A program made the translations under genes and the position numbers. Positions 59,917 through 64,000 of a DNA stretch of 64,000 nt are shown here, piece by piece; the first letter of the stretch is position 1; each line of letters starts with the position of its first letter. The notes below the pieces were generated by a model that made no database searches, was not told the origin of the DNA, and worked only from the letters and a program-made list of their open reading frames with translations. Source of the stretch: Eledone cirrhosa. Its lineage: Eukaryota. The stretch spans positions 11,346,001-11,410,000 of the forward strand of contig OZ024760.1 of the NCBI GenBank assembly GCA_964016885.1. Reading direction: 5' to 3'.

Positions 59917-60522
59917 GTGTGTGTGTGTGTTGTGTAAGTGTGTGTGTGTGTCTGTGTGTGTGTGTCTGTGTGTGTGTAAGTGTGTGTGTGTGTGTATGTG
60001 TAAGTGTGTGTGTGTGTCTGTGTGTGTGTATGTGTGTGTATAGTGTTAGAAAATTAAGGGAACACAAAAAAAGAGATAGACATTTCCCTTCATCAGTTGT
60101 CTACTACGGGTCACGGATGTTTCAGCACATTATAGACAATACATATATCCGTAGCGCGCCCATAACTTATTATCACAAGTTACGAGGGAAAGAAAAGACG
60201 AAAAGAGGCGACAGCGAAGCGAGACAAAGAAAGAAAAAAAGAAAAATGAACATACCGATAGAAGGGGAAAACACAGGACAATGGCACCTGTAAGTAGTAA
60301 CCGAGTGGAAAGAGAGGACGAAGTTATAAAAGGGGCCATTGGGTTTAAGCCTAAGGGCCTTATTACAGCGAGAGAGCTAAGATAAACAGTCTATTCTCAG
60401 TGAGAACGGATATATATAGATGTGTGTGTGTGTGTGTGTATGTATGTTTGTGTGTGTGTGTGTGTGTGTGTGCGTGTGTGTGTGTGTGTGTGGTGTGATG
60501 CAAAATAAAATCCAGATCGTTG

Positions 60523-60650
60523 TCCCTTTACAGTCTGAGTTCAAATCCCGCCGAGGTTTACTTTGCCTTTCATCCTTAGGGGGTCGATAAAATAAAGTAC
60601 CAGTAATGCACTGTGTAATTGCTGGCCTTGTGCCTAAAGTAGAAAGCGTT
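60523..60650 (+). mobile_element. 5'-truncated SINE family S1
   Basis: GAGTTCAAATCCCGCCGAGG through GGCCTTGTGCCTAAAGTAGAAA. Confidence 0.85.
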
Positions 60651-60796
60651 ATTAAAATTCATCTTTAATTTCTGCACTAATCGATTGAACTTGGCGCTAT
60701 TTACCAATTTAGTAGTGGATTATTCCACTCTCATTTTCTCACCCCCCTCTCTTTCTCTCTCTCTCTCTCTCCTCTCTCCTTTTCTCTCTCTCTATC

Positions 60797-60889
<93 letters not shown>

Positions 60890-60973
60890 CATATATATAT
60901 ATATATTTATTTATATTTATATATATATTTATATTTATATTTATATACACACACAGTCACATATGTATATATA

Positions 60974-61024
<51 letters not shown>

Positions 61025-61298
61025 CTATATATTATATATATGAAGTATGAAGAATGTGGCGGATTCTTCAATTATTGATAATTCCAATAAGAATTCTTCC
61101 CCGTATGAAACCATACAGATCCATAGCAAGTTTAGATAGAATACTTTATTCATCTATTTTGTTTATACTCCCAGAATTAAGTGACCCTTTCTCACTTAAA
61201 TTTTAATATATAATATTGCTTCTTCGAGAGATTTCTCTCATTGAGATGTTCAAGTATTAGCGACCAATTAATGTTTAATTTATATATATATATATAAT

Positions 61299-61354
<56 letters not shown>

Positions 61355-61355
61355 T

Positions 61356-61413
<58 letters not shown>

Positions 61414-61516
61414 ATATATAATATATATATATTTATATATATATATATATAATATATATATATTTATATATATATATATTTAGTTATGTAAAATAAACAA
61501 CATAAGATAATTATTA

Positions 61517-61575
61517 CATTTACCAGTGGTTTCTTGAAGGCAGATGTTATGTCTGTCTTCAGTCGTCAGAATGAA
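61517..61575 (-). ncRNA. Type I hammerhead ribozyme (family E, left arm)
   Basis: Inverted copy of 61581-61643 with a shorter stem I. Confidence 0.75.
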
Positions 61576-61580
61576 TCTGG

Positions 61581-61643
61581 TTTCATTCTGACGACTGAAG
61601 ACAGACATAACATCTGCCTTCAAGAAACCACTGGTAAATGAAA
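61581..61643 (+). ncRNA. Type I hammerhead ribozyme (family E, right arm)
   Basis: tttcatt-CTGACGA-c.tgaag.a.caga/tctg.c.cttca.a-GAAA-ccactgg-TA-aatgaaa. Stem II sequence differs from the 7487 copy but still pairs. Confidence 0.8.
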
Positions 61644-61759
61644 TAATTATTTTATGTTGTTTATTACATAACTAATAAGCTCTGTAGCCTACATAGACCA
61701 CTCTTTTTTCTGTACATTTCCAACAGAGTTTTGTAGCTTGCTTGAAGCATTGTTTAATA

Positions 61760-62107
61760 TGAAACACAAATTTAAATTTGAAGACCAAAACCATGCGTTA
61801 TGAGATTGTTAAGTTGCCAAGATAACAAAAGAATCGCACCTTAGCAAATTTTACGATCCTAATATATTCGGGTTTAAAAGCCCCTTATCAAGGGAGTAAC
61901 CTTATAAGACACTTACAAATCGATCGCAAAGACTTGTTTGTTTGGAGCAGATTTAAATCTATCCGATCGATTTTTAAGTCTCTCATTATCCTTGATAATG
62001 GGTCTTTAAACCCGAAAATATTTGGTAATGTAAAAGGTAGGATTCTCTTGTTATCTTGGCAATTTAATGTTCTCCACATGCATCGTTTTGGTCTTCAAAA
62101 TTTAAAT
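61760..62107. mobile_element. Old fold-back element with TTGATAA-type HHR-like cores
   Basis: Diverged arms of about 165 bp; cores at 61856-61895 (-) and 61988-62025 (+). Confidence 0.65.
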
Positions 62108-62116
62108 ATATATATA

Positions 62117-62186
<70 letters not shown>

Positions 62187-62210
62187 TGTATATATATATA
62201 TATACTGTAT

Positions 62211-62295
<85 letters not shown>

Positions 62296-62327
62296 CTGTA
62301 TATATATATATATACTGTATATATATA

Positions 62328-62375
<48 letters not shown>

Positions 62376-62487
62376 TGTATATATATACAGTATATATATA
62401 CAGTATATATATATATACAGTATATATATATATTATATATATATATACATATATACTGTATATATACTGTATATATATATATATATA

Positions 62488-62523
<36 letters not shown>

Positions 62524-62549
62524 TGTATATATATATATATACTGTACAG

Positions 62550-62680
62550 TTAGCCGTCGAAACTGCTTGAGCTCAGCCGTCGGGGTCTTACTTGTTCCTA
62601 TTACCCACTCTACTACCCTAAGTATTGAGTATTTTGGTGCGTTATGGTCCACCTGGTTCCTTACCACATTTCCTTCGTTA
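62550..62680 (+). mobile_element. Family A single arm
   Basis: ttagccgtcGAAAc...tacccactctactaccctaagtattgagta...ttccttcgtta, between TA-rich tracts. Confidence 0.9.
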
Positions 62681-62688
62681 TATATATA

Positions 62689-62729
<41 letters not shown>

Positions 62730-63763
62730 AAATTAAATTAAATTAAGGGGATTATGTCCGCGACATGCGCCATATCCACCGTAGAATAACCTCAAGATGC
62801 CAATGAATATATATATATATATAATTACAAAGAGAGAGATGGGGGAGAAAGAGAGAGAGAGAGGGTGGATGTCACAGTATATTGGGTGTAACACGTATGT
62901 AGATAATACACATACGTATGACTGTGTTTTATAATTTTGTTGGAACTATATTTTATTTTATTTTATTTTCGTATTTCCTTATATCAATATATATCCAGGC
63001 ATTGTTTTGTTATTGTTAAAGATTTCACAATATTTTTAAAAGGAAAAAAAAAACCGTATTAAATGAAACAAAACGTACTTATGTGGTGTAGAATATTTTC
63101 TCAAATAAACCAGAGCCATCTTTTCTGGAGAAAAATAAATAAAAACAAATTTAAAAAATAAAAGTCCACTCATCACGGAAATTCATTTAAACCGCTCGAG
63201 CACAAAAGCTGACATTTTTAAAGTACTTTTTTCATGGGACGCCATATATATTTCTTGAGGGAGGAAAGAAAATATAGTTCTGGTTATCTAATTTGATGGA
63301 AAATACATACGGCATGTAGCGAACAGAATAGAAATATCGCTATAGATGACTCTTAACTTAATAAATTTTAATAAATTGTAATGATGATTGAAAATTTTCC
63401 TCCACATGGTTTACGAAAAGCAACAGCGATATTGTAAATGAAGAAAAAAAATATATAGATACGTAATTTAATTAATCAAACATACCTCGTCATTAAAATC
63501 AGCAGGAGAATTTTAACGAAGAACAAATATCCACCCAAAAAATACATGTTAAAATTGGACAACAAACTGTCCAGAAACCAATACTTTTCGAAATTTATGA
63601 AGGATGTATTTTTTTCTGGTAACTTTTTTTTTTTTTCTTTTAGTTGTTTCGTAATAATTAATTTTCAATATAGTTTTTAGATTTTATATACAAAATGACG
63701 TCTTAACGAGAGTAGACAGATGTAGTTTTATATATGTATACACACACACACACACATACACAC

Positions 63764-63822
<59 letters not shown>

Positions 63823-63842
63823 CATATATATATATATATATG

Positions 63843-63935
<93 letters not shown>

Positions 63936-64000
63936 GTATATACATATATATATATATATATGTATATTCATATATATAAACATATAGTAATAATAATAAA

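Larger units (their letters stand above)
61480..61730. mobile_element. Fold-back element family E, copy 3
   Basis: Arms 61480-61575 and 61582-61676, right tail. Confidence 0.85.

Overview
AT-rich, microsatellite-saturated animal non-coding DNA, most likely from an octopod cephalopod given the tRNA-derived SINEs and the (TA)n/(CA)n/(TAC)n/(GGT)n density. Almost every ORF in the supplied track is a simple-repeat artefact. The only recognisable protein remnant is a 3' fragment of an R4/Dong-like non-LTR retrotransposon (about 41160-41503); a few exon candidates are weak. The main hidden structure is more than 20 short (100-750 bp) elements from over 10 sequence-unrelated families, embedded in (TA)n tracts. 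Most are head-to-head fold-backs with one long arm and one short arm. They carry type I hammerhead ribozyme (HHR) motifs: about 15 complete cores (CUGANGA / stem II / GAAA / short palindromic stem III / UH / stem I) plus several degenerate ones. Unrelated families share further features: a C.C or C.U mismatch at pair 4 of stem II, fold-back axes at the predicted cleavage site or inside stem II, and a covarying RCTC...GAGY motif pair in the unpaired tail. The best interpretation is non-autonomous end fragments of TA-targeting Penelope-like (Naiad-type) retroelements. Also present are SINEs with target-site duplications, two Tc1/mariner-type MITEs, composite minisatellites and (TA)n-centred inverted duplications. 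All folds were read by eye; none was computed or searched.
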